Below, one piece after another: positions 38,816-51,844 of a DNA stretch of 64,000 nt; within the stretch, counting starts at the first letter, position 1, and every line of letters starts with the position of its first letter. This stretch comes from Camelus ferus. Taxonomy: Eukaryota. The notes below the pieces were generated by a model, which did not search any database, was not told where the DNA came from, and saw only the letters and a program-made list of their open reading frames with translations. The translations under genes were made by a program, and so were the position numbers. The stretch is from positions 49,230,001 through 49,294,000 of the forward strand of contig NC_045696.1 in NCBI RefSeq assembly GCF_009834535.1. Direction: 5' to 3'.

Positions 38816-40204
38816 GGAGAAGTACAGGCAAACGATGTAATACCTGAATTTATCTGGCTCTCCAGATTTTTAGTTTTAAAAATATATAATTATTAAATTT
38901 ACCACATGAGATGTCTATTGAACAATATACCAATGATCAGTTAACACTATTTTATTTTGACCTAAGATCTTAAACACGTCTGGTTGAAAGCAATAACATG
39001 AAAAATAGCTGGAAGGATAAACAATGTAATTCACATTCCCAAAATGATACCTGGTTACCTGGTTGGATCATGTAAGCACCAGAGATATACGTATAATTGT
39101 CTAATCTAACTTGAAGGTCCTTCTAGAAAGAGAGGCTTTAGAAGTAGAGACCATAGCCTGCTGTTTCAAAACAGCCATTTGCCACTCTGCTCTGATTAGG
39201 GCTTCTTGCTTGACCAGTGATGAGCAGAGACTGAATTACAGATTTTGGCTTTCTCTGTAGGCCTCTGTTGTGCCAAAAAAGTGGCTGATTTATCCTTCAG
39301 ATCCGTGTACAAAATGAATTTGCCCAGATAAACAGATGGCCTGGTCAGAGTGGTATTTCACAGCAACATGTGTTTGTCTGAATAACATGGTCATAAACCT
39401 TTTACTCTGGATCTAAAATTCAGTTGTGGCTTTTGGATGTTACCTGGGGCTACTCAGGAGAGAGCATTCAAATGTTAAATGTAGGGCTTAGATTCAGCAC
39501 TGTGTTCTACCTAATTTTCTACATTCATTCATAAGAAGTTAAAACATGTGTATGTTTTGAGTAGGTGTGTGTGGTGGCGGGGCTAAGAAGGTGGGGCGGG
39601 TTGCGGGGGTGGGGTATTGTACATGGAGATCCAAGCCCTATGATTCTAAGCGTAACTAAACAGACAGATTAATGCATGGGTCTGTGCCTTATCACATGAA
39701 AAACATACTTCACTGCCACTGTAAGCCTGAAGTTTTACTTTCCAACACAATAGCAGGCCAAGACTCTGGGATTGACTCTGCTATGAAGTTACTGATTGTC
39801 TCTGTATCTTAAAAATTAAGAGAAAAGAAAAAAAGCACTCCATTCATACAGTATCCTGCCCTAAATGGTCTGACATTGCAGTCCTCTTAAGAGCCAAGGA
39901 TGATGTAGGCAGGATGATACATTTATCAAAGGTAGAATAATTGGAAAAAGGAAACTTGAGTCCACAGTGCAGTTTTGTGCCGTTTTTTCCTCATACTTCA
40001 TATGCACAGAGGATAAATAAGACTGATTTTGTTTGTCTTTTTAGAGTCATACATTATTATTTGAGATATTCTAAAAAAACCCATCCTATTCTGTGTGTTT
40101 ATCCAATTACTACTCACGAGAATAAAAGAAATGGCCGTTATTTTTATAATGGTGTAGTGGCATTATGGAGATCATTTTCTCATTCCTGTTTACTATTATG
40201 TTAT

Positions 40205-41000
40205 AATTTTTAAATAAACATTTTATTTTGAGATAATTACAGATTCACATGTAGTTGGAAGAAACAATACAGAGGGCTCCCTGTGTATCTTTCACCTAGT
40301 TTCCCTTAGTGGTAAAATCATGAAAAAAATAGTAAAATGTGACAAACAAGAAACTGACGTGATACAGTTCATGGGCCTCAGCCAGACTTCACCAGTTCTA
40401 CATGCACTCATTTGTGTGCGTGCGTTTGTACTTCACACAGTTTTACCACAGTATAGACTCATATGACCACCACCAGAGTCAAGGTACAAAACAATTCCAT
40501 CATAAGGCTCTGCCTTCTCTCCTTTTACAGCCACAGCCACCGCCCTCCCTAACCTCTCATAACCACTAATCTGTCCTCCATCTCTATGCTTTTGTCATTT
40601 CAAGAGTGCTATATAAATAGAATTCAATCATACAGAATGTAACCTTTTGATATTGGTTTTTAAACTCAGCATAATTCCCTTGAGATCGCTCCAAGTTGTG
40701 TTTCACGGTGTAGATGTACGACACTTTTTTTTAGTCATTCATTCCACTGAAGGGTAAATGGTTAGACAAACTAGTTTTGTTTTTTTTTTTTTCCAGTTTG
40801 GGGTTATTATGAATAAAGTTGCTATGAACATATGTGTACAGCTTTTTGGATGAATGTAAGTTTTCATTCTTCTGGGATAAATGCCCAAGAGTGCAATTGC
40901 TGAGTTTTAAGCTAAGTACATATTTAGTTTTATAAGTAACTTCCATACTCTTTTCTAGACTGACTAGACCATTTAACACTCCAACCAGCAATATGTTAGG
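40205..41000 (-). mobile_element. LINE-1 3' end (L1MC-like)
   Basis: ttttattttgagataattacagattcacatgtag...ctgggataaatgcccaagagtgcaattgctg. Confidence 0.85.
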
Positions 41001-41139
41001 TTACTCTTATAATAATAAAATGACATTCCACGCATTTTTGATAGCCCCAATCAATTCAAGTTCTCAGTGACGTCTTCCCTCTTTCATTATTTTTGTCTGT
41101 ACTTAGCTCTCTCCATTTTACCATTCATTAACATTTGTA

Positions 41140-41322
41140 GAATAGATAAACAAGATTATACTGTATAGCACAGGGAAATATATACAAGATCTTATGGTAG
41201 CTCACAGAGAAAGGAATGTGACAATGAATATATATATGTTCATGTATAACTGAAAAACTGTGCTCTACACTGGAATTTGACAACATTGTAAAATGATTAT
41301 AAATCAATAAAAAATGTTAAAA
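41140..41322 (+). mobile_element. Very short young LINE-1 3' end with target-site duplication
   Basis: tactgtatagcacagggaaatatatacaagatctt...aatcaataaaaaatgttaaaa. Flanked by acatttgta (41131-39) and aaatttgta (41323-31). Confidence 0.85.
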
Positions 41323-41806
41323 AAATTTGTATCCTTCCAATTTTTAAAATATTTTGCCTCATTCCAACTACAATGAAAACTCTCTGAGCCTTAGGATGAT
41401 TGTTTTCCTTCAGCATTTCCCTTGCCAAGCTTGGCACAATTGTTAGTAGTCAGAAAACAGGTTTTGAATAATTTAAAGTTGAATAGATAAAATGTAATAT
41501 GAACCAATGAAATGTGTTGTAGTTTTCAAAAAATTACTGACTTACTTTTTAGAAGGGATGTTACCACACATAGGTAAATTCTAGAACAATTGTTATTAAA
41601 CAACTTACTACAGATACAGCAAACTAAATGTGTGATTATTCTATTTTGTTCCCAAAATAACCTTTCTCTACGAAGATGTTAAACCATTAGAGAAATATCA
41701 AAATATTTTAACAGGTTTTTAATTAGGATATCTTAATTAAATTACTGCTTTTTATTGTCTTTCTCTGGGTGTTTCTTGTCTAGCTATCCGTTAGTTGACG
41801 TAAGAG

Positions 41807-42003
41807 CAGTGATGTTCTGGTAAATGTTTAACAAGTTCTCTGGAAACAAAAAAAAATGCTCGGATGCCAGTTTTCATGATGTAAAGACTGACCGTGGCCA
41901 ATTTCAAGCTACCATTTTGACATCACCAAATGCAGATTCAGAAAGAGATGCTTGCAGTAGGCTCTAGTGAGCCAGTGCAGCCTAGCCACAGCCCACCAGC
42001 GCT
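41807..42003. mobile_element. MER63A-like hAT element
   Basis: cagtgatgttctggtaaatgtttaacaa...tggccaatttcaagctacc...gagccagtgcag...cagcccacc. Confidence 0.75.
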
Positions 42004-43224
42004 AGGGAGATCTTAAATTTAATTAATGGAAAATGCTTTACAATAGACATCAAAATTCAAATGAGTCATCAGCACGTGGACCAGTTTTTGAGTGACTTTA
42101 GTGTTTAAAATCTGTTTTCTCACCAGTAACCTCTAATGTTTAATGCTTTCCCAGAAATAGTCTACTCTTCCCCCAGCTAGTATCTATTCATCCTTTTCGT
42201 CTTAGTTTCACTAAGAAACTAACTGGGTGTGTGGGGGGAGGGTTGCCCCCTCTCACATCTAATTTATCACAGGACCACATGTTATAATTTCTCAATACAG
42301 TTCTTACTTACCCTTCAGTGTACTGCATACGACTTATGGATTTACATTTCTTTTTTTTTTCCTATTTAATGTCCATACTACACTGGACACTTCATGAGGG
42401 CAGGGACTGAGTCTATTTTGTGCCTCTAGCCCCAGCAGCAGGATGAATGAGTGGATGAATTCACCTCCTTCTGCACTGGGGTGACCGTTCCTCTGCTCAC
42501 TTGGCCTGTGCGCTCCCTCGTCTGTTAAGGTATCACAGGGCAAAAGAAGCTAGTGCATTTCTAGCCATTCTCATCTGTCGGAGGAGGTGACCACTGGTTG
42601 GACAACGAGCTGGACCTAGGCTGTAGGAGGCTCCTTAATTCTCCTCTGTCCTTAGAATTACATTCTGCCTACTGTTCCCATAGCCAGAGCCATTTTCAAC
42701 GATGCAGCCTTGAGAGAGCAAGGTGGCACTGAGACCATCTGGATGGTACACGTAAACTTCTAAGAGTCCGGCTGGCAGTGCGGAGATTTCCGCGGTGTAC
42801 AGAGCCAGTTTCAGATTTCACCCAGGAGACTCGCGAGGTTTCGAACTGACATCGTCCCAAGCCACACCCACATTAGCAGAACAGCGATGTGTTCTATCTG
42901 CGCTATCATGGTCGGTTGGTGCGGAGGTTGTAACCCAGCAAAGGCTTGCCGCCCTGTACGCGTAGAAACCAACGAGTACTGTACGGCTTCTGAGGCAACA
43001 AAAGGCTTTGCTGCAGAGCGGCCACGCAAGCCGACAGCAAGGCTCCAATCTGTGCCCCCACGGCAAGGTGAGGTGGCTATTTAAGGGCTCGGGTTCCACC
43101 GCAGCAAAGAAAAAGGGAGAGAGCGGCTGGATACAGACTTTAAGGCGCGCAGGCGCAGGCAGGCTCCCTGGCTCTCCCGGGGTCGCACGTGCAAATTCCG
43201 GGCAAGCGGGTATGAAACACACAG

Positions 43225-43234
43225 GGGAAATTCC
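43225..43234 (+). promoter_or_regulatory. NF-kB consensus site GGGAAATTCC
   Basis: Exact GGGRNWYYCC match and the same decamer as IFN-beta PRDII; function untested. Confidence 0.45.
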
Positions 43235-43349
43235 CGCCGTGGCTCAAAAGGCTGCCCATTGGACGAGCAGGTTTATTCTGCGCAGACTCTGATCAGCCAC
43301 ATGAGTTCTGTCCGGTTTTAGCCAGTTTTGTTGTGTTAGAAGCAGAGGG

Positions 43350-43401
43350 TTTATTTATTTATCTATTTTATTTATTTAATTTAATTTAATTTAATTTAAT
43401 T

Positions 43402-43440
<39 letters not shown>

Positions 43441-43449
43441 TTTGTTTGT

Positions 43450-43496
<47 letters not shown>
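43350..43496. repeat. Compound microsatellite (TTTA)n/(TTTAA)n/(TTTG)2
   Basis: Seen directly. Confidence 0.97.
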
Positions 43497-43497
<1 letters not shown>

Positions 43498-43869
43498 AAC
43501 AAGCTGTTCCCTTACCTGCTGTTCAGTAAGACAAGCTCGACAAATGCTGTTGGTCATCCGTTTCTGTTAGCCGTTTGTGGCATGTCTCAAGGTAGGGGGG
43601 ATTTATTTCTTTCATTAATATTTGCCAGTTTTTTTCTTTTTTCTTTTCCTCAGTTGGTTTTCCTTTTCTTACTAAAAAGTCGCTTCCTGGTCAGCTGATT
43701 CATTCAGCCCTGCAAATGTTCCCAATCTCTCTCTCACCTTTATATAACAGTCAAATTATGCTTGTTGTCATTATAGAAGTAAAGGGGTATTAACTGGTTC
43801 TCTTCCTGTGTTTTTTGCATCACTCACGGAAATTGCAAAGCTAAAAAGAGATTTTCTTCGCTGTTTTTT

Positions 43870-44012
43870 TCTCTCTTCTCCTACTAGAATGTAAGCTCTC
43901 TGAAAGTTTATTTTTGGGTTTTTTTTTTTATTTTTATTGTGTGTTCTATCATTTGGGACTAGAACAGTGCCTGCTACACAGTAGGCATTCACTGAATGTT
44001 GAATGAGTGAAT
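43870..44012 (+). mobile_element. LINE-2 3' end
   Basis: ctactagaatgtaagctctctga...ctagaacagtgcctgctacacagtaggcattcactgaatgttgaatgagtgaat. Confidence 0.8.
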
Positions 44013-44469
44013 CTATTTCTGAATCATTTTGATAAATTAGAATAGTATGCAGTGCGTCCTAGAAAGAAACCCGAGGACAGATGTTTTATATGAGAATGAT
44101 AAATACCTTAAAAAGAAAAACAATCGAAACAACTCTACAAGAATTAGTAACTAAATAAATATCTGAAATGAAATAACTGTTAATTTAACAGAAGAAAGTC
44201 AGTATATTATGGGATTGATCATTGTCTGTCCTTCAGACTCTGAATTTTAAAAGTAACAATTTCCTGAATTAACAGCTAGTTGATTTTTCTCTTCAGTGAT
44301 AACATTTTACATGTATGTGGCACTTTATTGATTACAAAACTGTTTTCTTATAGTGTCACACTTGATTAATATTCAAACCAAATGGAGAATTTCCCATGCT
44401 TGAATTCAGGTTACATGCTTTTACATAGAAGAAATAAAAATACTGTGTCAGAATATGCTGTTAACTTTG

Positions 44470-44735
44470 AAGATCCATTTCTCTTTCCTTAGAAAGAACA
44501 GTAATTTTAAACTGGGCAGATCAGACATCTAAGAATCTATTTTTTCTCAGCTCCTTTATAGCTCACTGTGAATATGTAACTAAGTTTTTGTCAGTGAGAT
44601 TTAAGGGACACTGTGGGCACCTCTTCCCTTAAAGGGAGGAGACTTGCAGACTCCCTACATCCTAATACCTGGAATGCATCTGTGATGGCTGGAGCTCTAC
44701 CAGTGATTTTAGACCATAAGGGAAAAGGCCACAAT
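44470..44735 (+). mobile_element. Old MLT1 (J/I-like) LTR fragment
   Basis: cagctcctttatagct...actaagtttttgtcagtgagat...cctggaatgcatctgtgatggctggagct...ttagaccataaggg. Confidence 0.55.
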
Positions 44736-46389
44736 CATGTCCATCTTATCCCCCATTGTATTTTCAGTACTTAGCACAAGGCACAATAAAATTGTAGATT
44801 TTAAATAAATATTTATTAAATAAATAAACATAATTTCCTTGATAATATTCTTTCCTCTTTATTTTCTTCTTGGAGATGCTTTGGCTAACTTTATCCAAAG
44901 GAAGTGGTTATAATAATAGGGGTATTAAAGGCCCACATTTGCACAGTCCTGTTCCATACCATAAATCATCCTAGTCATTTACACAATTAACTAGTTTTAT
45001 AAATCTATAGAATTATTTTGAAGTCCCCGTGTTCTTGGGAGAGTCACTGCATGTAAGGCTTCAACATGGCATAAGAAGCTCGCGGAAGAGAAGTTATACC
45101 AGATGAAAGATCTAGGAGGTAAGGACTAGATTCTTGCAAATTTCCAATAATTTCAATAAACTAAGGAAAAGGAAGCAGGGGACCTAAAGAGACATTAACT
45201 ATAATTGGAGCCAGAGGCAGGGGAAGATTAATCTCAGGAGGGAACTGAGGTCTACTCTAGGGTGTGATTCAGGGTGGGCTTCTGAGCCTGAGGCTGTTAC
45301 TGCACACGCACTAGCTTTTACTCTTCGTGTTCTTACAAGGGTCAGTCACTGGTAATTCCTGTGATTGCATAACTAATTTTACTTAAAAGTTCGTCTTGGT
45401 AATAGCTGTCTCTGATTGTCATTACATTGTTGCTTTAAGGTGTAAACTCTATTATAGCTTTTGAGAACAGATATCAATGTTATATGGCTATTTAGTATAT
45501 TTCCAAATGATCATTTAAAATATTCTGAACTCACAAACTTTCAGAATTCCTTAATAAATTGCTCAGGCAAAATAACATGTGTAGTATCAAAAAGATTTCA
45601 AAGCAATATTTATACAAAATAATAGCATATTTTTCCTACCTTACTGGTTTGAAAGATAATGCTCAGCAATGTCCAATAAAATATCTTAAAACATTAAGCA
45701 TACCCAGTCTTACTGGATCCCAGATGGACTCATTGCTTAATCTTTAAAAAGGATGGATTTTTTTTTTTTGGTGTGTGTTTAATGGTGGTATTTTTTTTTG
45801 CAGTAGCTAATGCTGAGATTTCAGAGAGAAATTTGGTGCTGGAAATATTTACTATAGTGCTGGCACATAAACCAAAAGCTATTAGACTTTAATGCATTTT
45901 TTTCCCTAAACTTTTTATAGCCTTTCATTTTTAATCACTGCCAATCTGCTGATTTTATTTTAAATAGATACTTCAAGACTGTGCTTTGTCAAAACAGACA
46001 GATGTATCATTAAATTCTCTCCCAAATTATACATTAGGCAATGTCTTTGTGTCTTTGTTTCATGTGCTACTGAGGTATTTGAATTTGTTATAATCTCTAG
46101 ATTATCTCTAGAAGGCCAGAGAGCTGATTTGCAGAGCAAAAAGCTCTGTAATTTTGAATTGATTGTTCTGATTGCATACGACTTTGTGAAATGCATGTTA
46201 CCCAGAGTGAGGGTGGTCTCGGTTCCTTGTGCTCACGTGTGCAGTGGCACGGTTTTGCTAAAAAAGGCTAGTGAAAGAGTCCACACTAGAAGTCTCTGAG
46301 ATTGTTTTCCTGTCTATTAATCCTCTCTTTATAGAAAGGGGTGAGGGATAATTTGGGTAATTCTCAAATGTTCCTTTTCAATTGGGTTA

Positions 46390-46862
46390 TGTAGTAACTT
46401 CCTATTAGTGCTGTAACACATTACCGCAAACTAAGTGGCTTAAAACAACACAAAATTTAGTATCTTAGAGCTCTGGAGGTCAGAGTCTGAAGTGGGTCTT
46501 ATCAGGCTAAAATTAAAGTGTCAGAAGAGCTACATTCTCTCTGGAGGCTTTAGGAAAGAATCCATTTCTTTGCCTTTTCTGTCTTCCAAAGGCTGTCTGG
46601 GTCCCTTGGCTCAGGGCCCTTCCTCTATCCTCAAAGCCAAAAGTGTAGCATCTTCAAACTTAACTCTGACCTTCCCACCTCCATCTTTCACTTGTAAGAA
46701 CCCTTGTGATCATATTGAATCTACAAGAAAATACATCTCCCCACTGCAAGCTCCTTAACCACACTTTCAAAGTCCTTTTTGCTATGTAAGGTTACATTTC
46801 CACAAATTTCAGGGATTAGAACATAGACATCTTTGGGGAGGCCATTATTCTGCCTTCTGCAG
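46390..46862 (-). mobile_element. MaLR solo LTR (MLT1D/C-like)
   Basis: tgctgtaacacattaccgcaaactaagtggcttaaaacaac...ggaggccattattctgccttctgca. Confidence 0.88.
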
Positions 46863-48893
46863 ATTATTTAAATCTAATGACTGCATATTAAGTGACTTCT
46901 GTATGTAAGCCCTTTTTCTAAAGCTGAGAGCCTGTGATAGATTTCCTTTCAGCCTGAACAGCTCTGTCTGGAAAGCCATCTTTTTACTTAATAAGTCTAG
47001 TTAATGGTTTCAGCAAATGAAAAGAAATAGAGACGATCTTCTGAAGAGGAGCCTGTGCTCCCAAAAGGGAAGCATCTAAGTAAACTGAAGTTGGAAGAGC
47101 TTGCATATCTTGCCCGTTGCCCCCACCCCATAATACACAGGACAGCGGGGCCACTTCATTGTCTTCTGTGACCTTTTGTTTTCTCATCCCATGAAGAAAA
47201 TTCAAATCCCTAACCTTAGAATTGAGAGAGAAAGCTTTCCAGGAGAGGATGGCTGGTATACGGTGGTTATCATATCTGTGTTATGGTTCACCTGGGTAAA
47301 AGATTGAGATTAAAAAGACAATTTGGAATCTTTAGAAAAGGCATCTCTGGATGGGAAAGTATGAAAACTAGCATTGGAAGCCCTCGTCATGGGGATGATG
47401 GAGAAATTTCCGCCAGCTGTGGCAGCTGCCGTGTTCTGAGAGTGGTGTGGTTTACTGAGTTGTGTGAAATGACTGTGCCTAGCAGAGTAAGCCAGGCTGC
47501 CGAGGGGAATATAGCCGGTTCGAATGACAGCAGAGTGACAGAAGAAAAGCAAAACGTGTTTTTTATGTGCAGCTTGTCATTGGAGAAGCCTGTGCATCAC
47601 TCTTAGTACGCCTTACTAAATCCTGAAAATGTTCTCTTTGCTCCTAAAACTGTCCCCATCTTTGGGACTAAATGTTCTTTTCTGTTCCTTTTACTGCCTC
47701 CAGGGTGCATTTAAACCTCCCTTTAATACCTGAAGTTTGCCCTGTGTTGGCTCCTCCGGTTTTTGCCCGGATGAGCGATGTCCCATTGGGTTCCGGAGTC
47801 TCGTTGATCAACTGCTTACTGGAGCTCCCTTGTGGCCACTGAATGAGGGTTTCTCTTTAACCACCAGAAAGAGATAGACATTTTTACATTTCTTCCCAGT
47901 TCTCTTAGACCCAGAGAAGGATGTGTGCAGGCCTCCCGGTGTGTTTCCATCATCAGAGTCATCTTGGCTTCCTCTCTGGGGACAGATCCAGATACTTGAT
48001 ACCAACATGGGTGGCAGACAGGGGTAGATGTTCTACTTTTAAGGTAGTTTTGTCTCTGCTTTTTCTTTTCTCCTGTCAAGTTAAGGGAATTGATGGGTTT
48101 TTTTCAGTCTCTTTTTCTCCATGTAAAGTATTGATCATTAATGTTCAAAACTTTTAAAATTAGTTTCTCTATTCTTCCAGCCCTCATTTATTGAGAGTCT
48201 GTGATATACAATGCTCTGTACTTAGAATTTGTTAGGATTCTGTATCTGAGTCCAAAGAATAAGCATAGAACGGAGCAAACACAGGTTCTCTCTGAGATTC
48301 TAGACCTCGGTTTGTTATCATGTCATAAGCATGTTGGGACCTTGAGCAAATAAATCCTTTCCTCTCTTGGAAACTCTGTTTCCTCCACTGTGAGAGAGGG
48401 AGGGCTGGTTGATCTCCAAGGCCACTCAGCTCTGCATTCGGATGAGTATTACGGCCAAGAGTGCAGCTCCCCTTGCCTGCCCTGTTTCCACGAGCGATGA
48501 GGAGGTCTTAGGGAAAGGTGGGATGGCAAGGTTCCTTGTAAAAAGTGAGACTTTAAGGGGGACACTCCCTTTACCTCTCCAAGATAAAAACTTGCACTTA
48601 GTATAATGCCAGGAGTCGGTAATGAAATCTGTTTAAAATAAACCCAAGGCAAACTGACAAATAAAATAAGGAAAAAAAAAACTGGAAAAATAAAAACAGG
48701 ATGGTAGTAATTTTTAGAAAAGTAACCAACTTTTTAAAAATTAAAAATGTAGCACATACTCAATGTCAAAAATTTAGAAAATAATAAAAAGCAAACAGGG
48801 GAGGGGTAAAATTTAGCTAGCCCCTCTGTTCAGAAATATCCAGGGTTAACATTTTAGTGTGCTTCCTCAGAGGCTTATAGTTCTTTGTAGTCC

Positions 48894-49256
48894 TGCCATA
48901 GGCTGGATGTCTGTGTCCCACCCAAGATTTATATGTTGAAGCCTAACCCGCATTGTGATGGTATTAGGAGGTGAGGCCCTTGGGAGGTGGTTAGGTCATA
49001 AGGGAAGAGTCCTCATGAATGGGAATAGTGTCCTTATAAAAGAGACCCCACAGAGCTCCCCCCTGCCCTTGTATGAGGACCGAATGCAGGGACAGCCATT
49101 TATGAACCAGGAAGCTGGCCCTCACCAGACACCAAATCTGCCAGTGCCTTGACCTTGAACTTCCCAGCCTCCAGAATTGTGGGAAATAAATTCTTACTGT
49201 ATTTAAGCTATTAAGTCCATGATTATCTGTTATAACATCCCAAATGGACAAAGACA
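48894..49256 (+). mobile_element. MaLR solo LTR (MLT1A-like), complete TG...CA
   Basis: TGccataggctggatgtctgtgtccc...ccttataaaagag...aataaatt...aagaCA. 5-bp TSD agtcc / agccc (4 of 5 match). Confidence 0.9.
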
Positions 49257-50184
49257 AGCCCCAGCTAAAATTAGGAATACTTTCCACATAATACATCTTT
49301 TTTTCAGTGTAACACTGTATCATAAGTTATTGTAAAATAATATGTAACTACCACTATATTTTTGGAAATTACTTAAAATATAAGGAAGAAAAAATAATCA
49401 CCTTAATTTTCACGTTAATTCTTAGTCATGATTTTTTGTCTCTTTCCCACTTTGTACTTCATGCTTTTTCTCAAAGATCTCATTTGAGACTCGGCACTAT
49501 TTTCAGGCAGCATTGTTTCTGCAGAGAGGCATGACACTTTCCTCTTTAAGCGCAGGTAAAACAGCATGTGGTTCCTGCCCTGCGGACACTTTCCTCGGCA
49601 TCAATTACACTAAGTGCTGTTTAAGGAGGGAGGATGTGCAACCTGGAAATTAAACCATTAACACTAAATTAAGGCCATTTTGAAATGGTCAAGACACCTT
49701 TTAGACACAAATACACTTTGTTCTCTGCCTTTCTGCTTGACGCAGAGATTTGGTGAATTCATCCAAATTACGCTGAGTTGGTCAGGTGGATATTTGAAGA
49801 AGCATGGTCACTAGGACACCTGTCCTTGCAGAAGTTTCTGCCTCTTTGCTAAGGCAGTGGGTGCCAGGCTGTTCACGGTTCACAGAGAATTTACTCCTTC
49901 CCCGCAGAAAACACATTTATGGTGCATATTATTTGTACTTCTTAAGCTCTATGTGTGTATGCATGTGTGTATGTGTATAAATGTGTGCCCGCAACTGTGA
50001 GAGTTTGTAGACACCTAGGCATTTTTAAATATATAAGCCCAAGTTGTAAGTAGTATAGAGCACATTTATAAAGGGATTTAAAGTCATAATGCTTTTTTTG
50101 TATTTAAATGTGCATTAATCTAGCTAACTGGATATTTTCTTATATTGAAGATTCCAATATGTCACAATTTAAATAGCCATCTAT

Positions 50185-50735
50185 TTATTAGTATTTACTG
50201 AGAGCCTCCACATGCTAGGCACTCTACTGGGCATTGGGACTATAACAGTGAACAAATAGACAAACTCTCTGCTCTCCCAGAATTTATGCTCCAGTGGAGG
50301 GAGGCAAAGGAAAAAGCAAACAGATAAATTGAATAGATGTTAATAGCTTCTTGGGAGAGACAAAATGCAAGGAGAGACCATAAAGCAGGGGCGTAGAGAG
50401 TGTATATGTTTGTTGATGGGTGTTAGTGGGGAAGGGGTTGGAGGGTGGCTATTTTAAGAGTGTGGTTAGGGAAGGCCTGATCATATGTCGCAAGTCATGT
50501 ACATCATAAATGTGATTGCTAAGGAGGAATGTCAGTGGAGACCTACAGGACACGAGGAAGGGAGTAATGCAGCTATCTGAAAGAAGGTGATGTAGGCAGA
50601 GGGATCAGCAGGTGCAAAGGTCCTGAGGCAGATACATGCTTGATGTATTTGAGGAAAAGCAAGGAGGCCAGTATAGCTAGAATAGGGGAAGTGAGGGAAA
50701 TAATGATAAGAGGGAAGGTCAGAGAGGAATCAGGC
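50185..50735 (-). mobile_element. LINE-2 3' region
   Basis: tatttactgagagcctccacatgctaggcactct...gtgaacaaatagaca...gtgcaaaggtcctgaggcag...aagcaaggaggccag. Confidence 0.85.
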
Positions 50736-51324
50736 TATGTCCTCAGCCATGGTTGTGCGTTTGGTTGAATCACTGGGAGAAGGTGTACTGGTGTGTATAC
50801 ATCAGGGGGCAAGAACATTGGGACCACCTTAGATTTCTGCCTATCATAGTAGGGAAACCTACAACTAGAATATACTACACAAAGGAGGGGAACATTTGTG
50901 GGAAAATGTCCTTAGGCATACTCAGACCCAAGTCATCCACATTTATGTTGGAAAAGAGTGAAGGGGGTAAGGTTGAGGAGGAGGGGGGTTTAACTGTGCT
51001 AACCCTGAATCACCACTGATGAAGGTGTGAGGAGTGGGAAGAGGAAGTGGCATTTGTTGAGCACGAGTGTGTGGCCCCCTGCAGGAAAGTATGAGCACTG
51101 GCACAAGTAGGGAGGGGAAGAGACAGTGAGGGGTAGTGGCTGCACAGGGAGATGGAAGATTAGGGGATCAGGAACACAGAATTATGAGTAGTCTGGACAA
51201 TGAGTTTTATCTGCTGGGGCGGTGGGGGTCGAGCCTATGAGGAAAGTGAAGTTGAAAGAATAACATCTGGGAAAAAGTGTGGCCAGGACACCAGGCCAGG
51301 CCTTTCCCAAACCTCCTGTAGGTC

Positions 51325-51490
51325 CACTAATGCTATTCCAAGTATGGTCCATGAACTGACAGCATCAACATCCCTGGGCGCTTCTTAGACATGAAGAATC
51401 TTAGGTCCCGCCTCAGACCTCCTGAATCAGAACCTGCATTTTATCAGGGTCCCAGGTGGCTCCATGTGCATTGAAGTTTGAGAAGCACTG
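51325..51490. mobile_element. MER5-family hAT-Charlie element
   Basis: aagtatggtccatg...cagcatcaacatccctggg...ctgaatcagaacctgcatttt...aagtttgagaagcactg. Confidence 0.85.
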
Positions 51491-51812
51491 CTCTACCTTC
51501 TTGCCCCCAAGGATGAGACCTTTTGTTTGGACTTCTCAGGAATCTAGCAGAAGTTCTGCATGCAAGGCAGCCCCTGAGTCTCCAGCAAACTGGAACCGAT
51601 GGTCATCCAGGCTTCTGTCCTCCAAGGCACAGTTAGTTGCAGCTGTAAACACCTGCTACATGTCACCCCTCTGGCCCTGTGCCATCCCCTCTGGTGCTCT
51701 CACTGTCTCCCAGGTTATATCATTCCTAGAAAAGGCTTCTCACAAGAGGCGAGCTTTAGAAAGTAATTTGAGATCCTTTGGGCTGATGGAACTTCTTACA
51801 AATATCCAACCA

Positions 51813-51844
51813 GAATTATGACCATTGCGAATTATGACCATTGC
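51813..51844 (+). repeat. Perfect 16-bp tandem duplication (gaattatgaccattgc)x2
   Basis: Seen directly. Confidence 0.95.

Larger units (their letters stand above)
42929..43614 (-). mobile_element. ERV1-like solo LTR, CpG-rich, interrupted by a microsatellite; right end uncertain
   Basis: Starts TGTAACCcagcaaaggcttgccgccc...tagaaaccaa...aaaaggctttgctgcag...ctccaatctgtgcccc, which resembles the reverse U5/R of ERV1-class LTRs. Candidate end ...tttCA at 43614. No TSD found. Confidence 0.6.
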
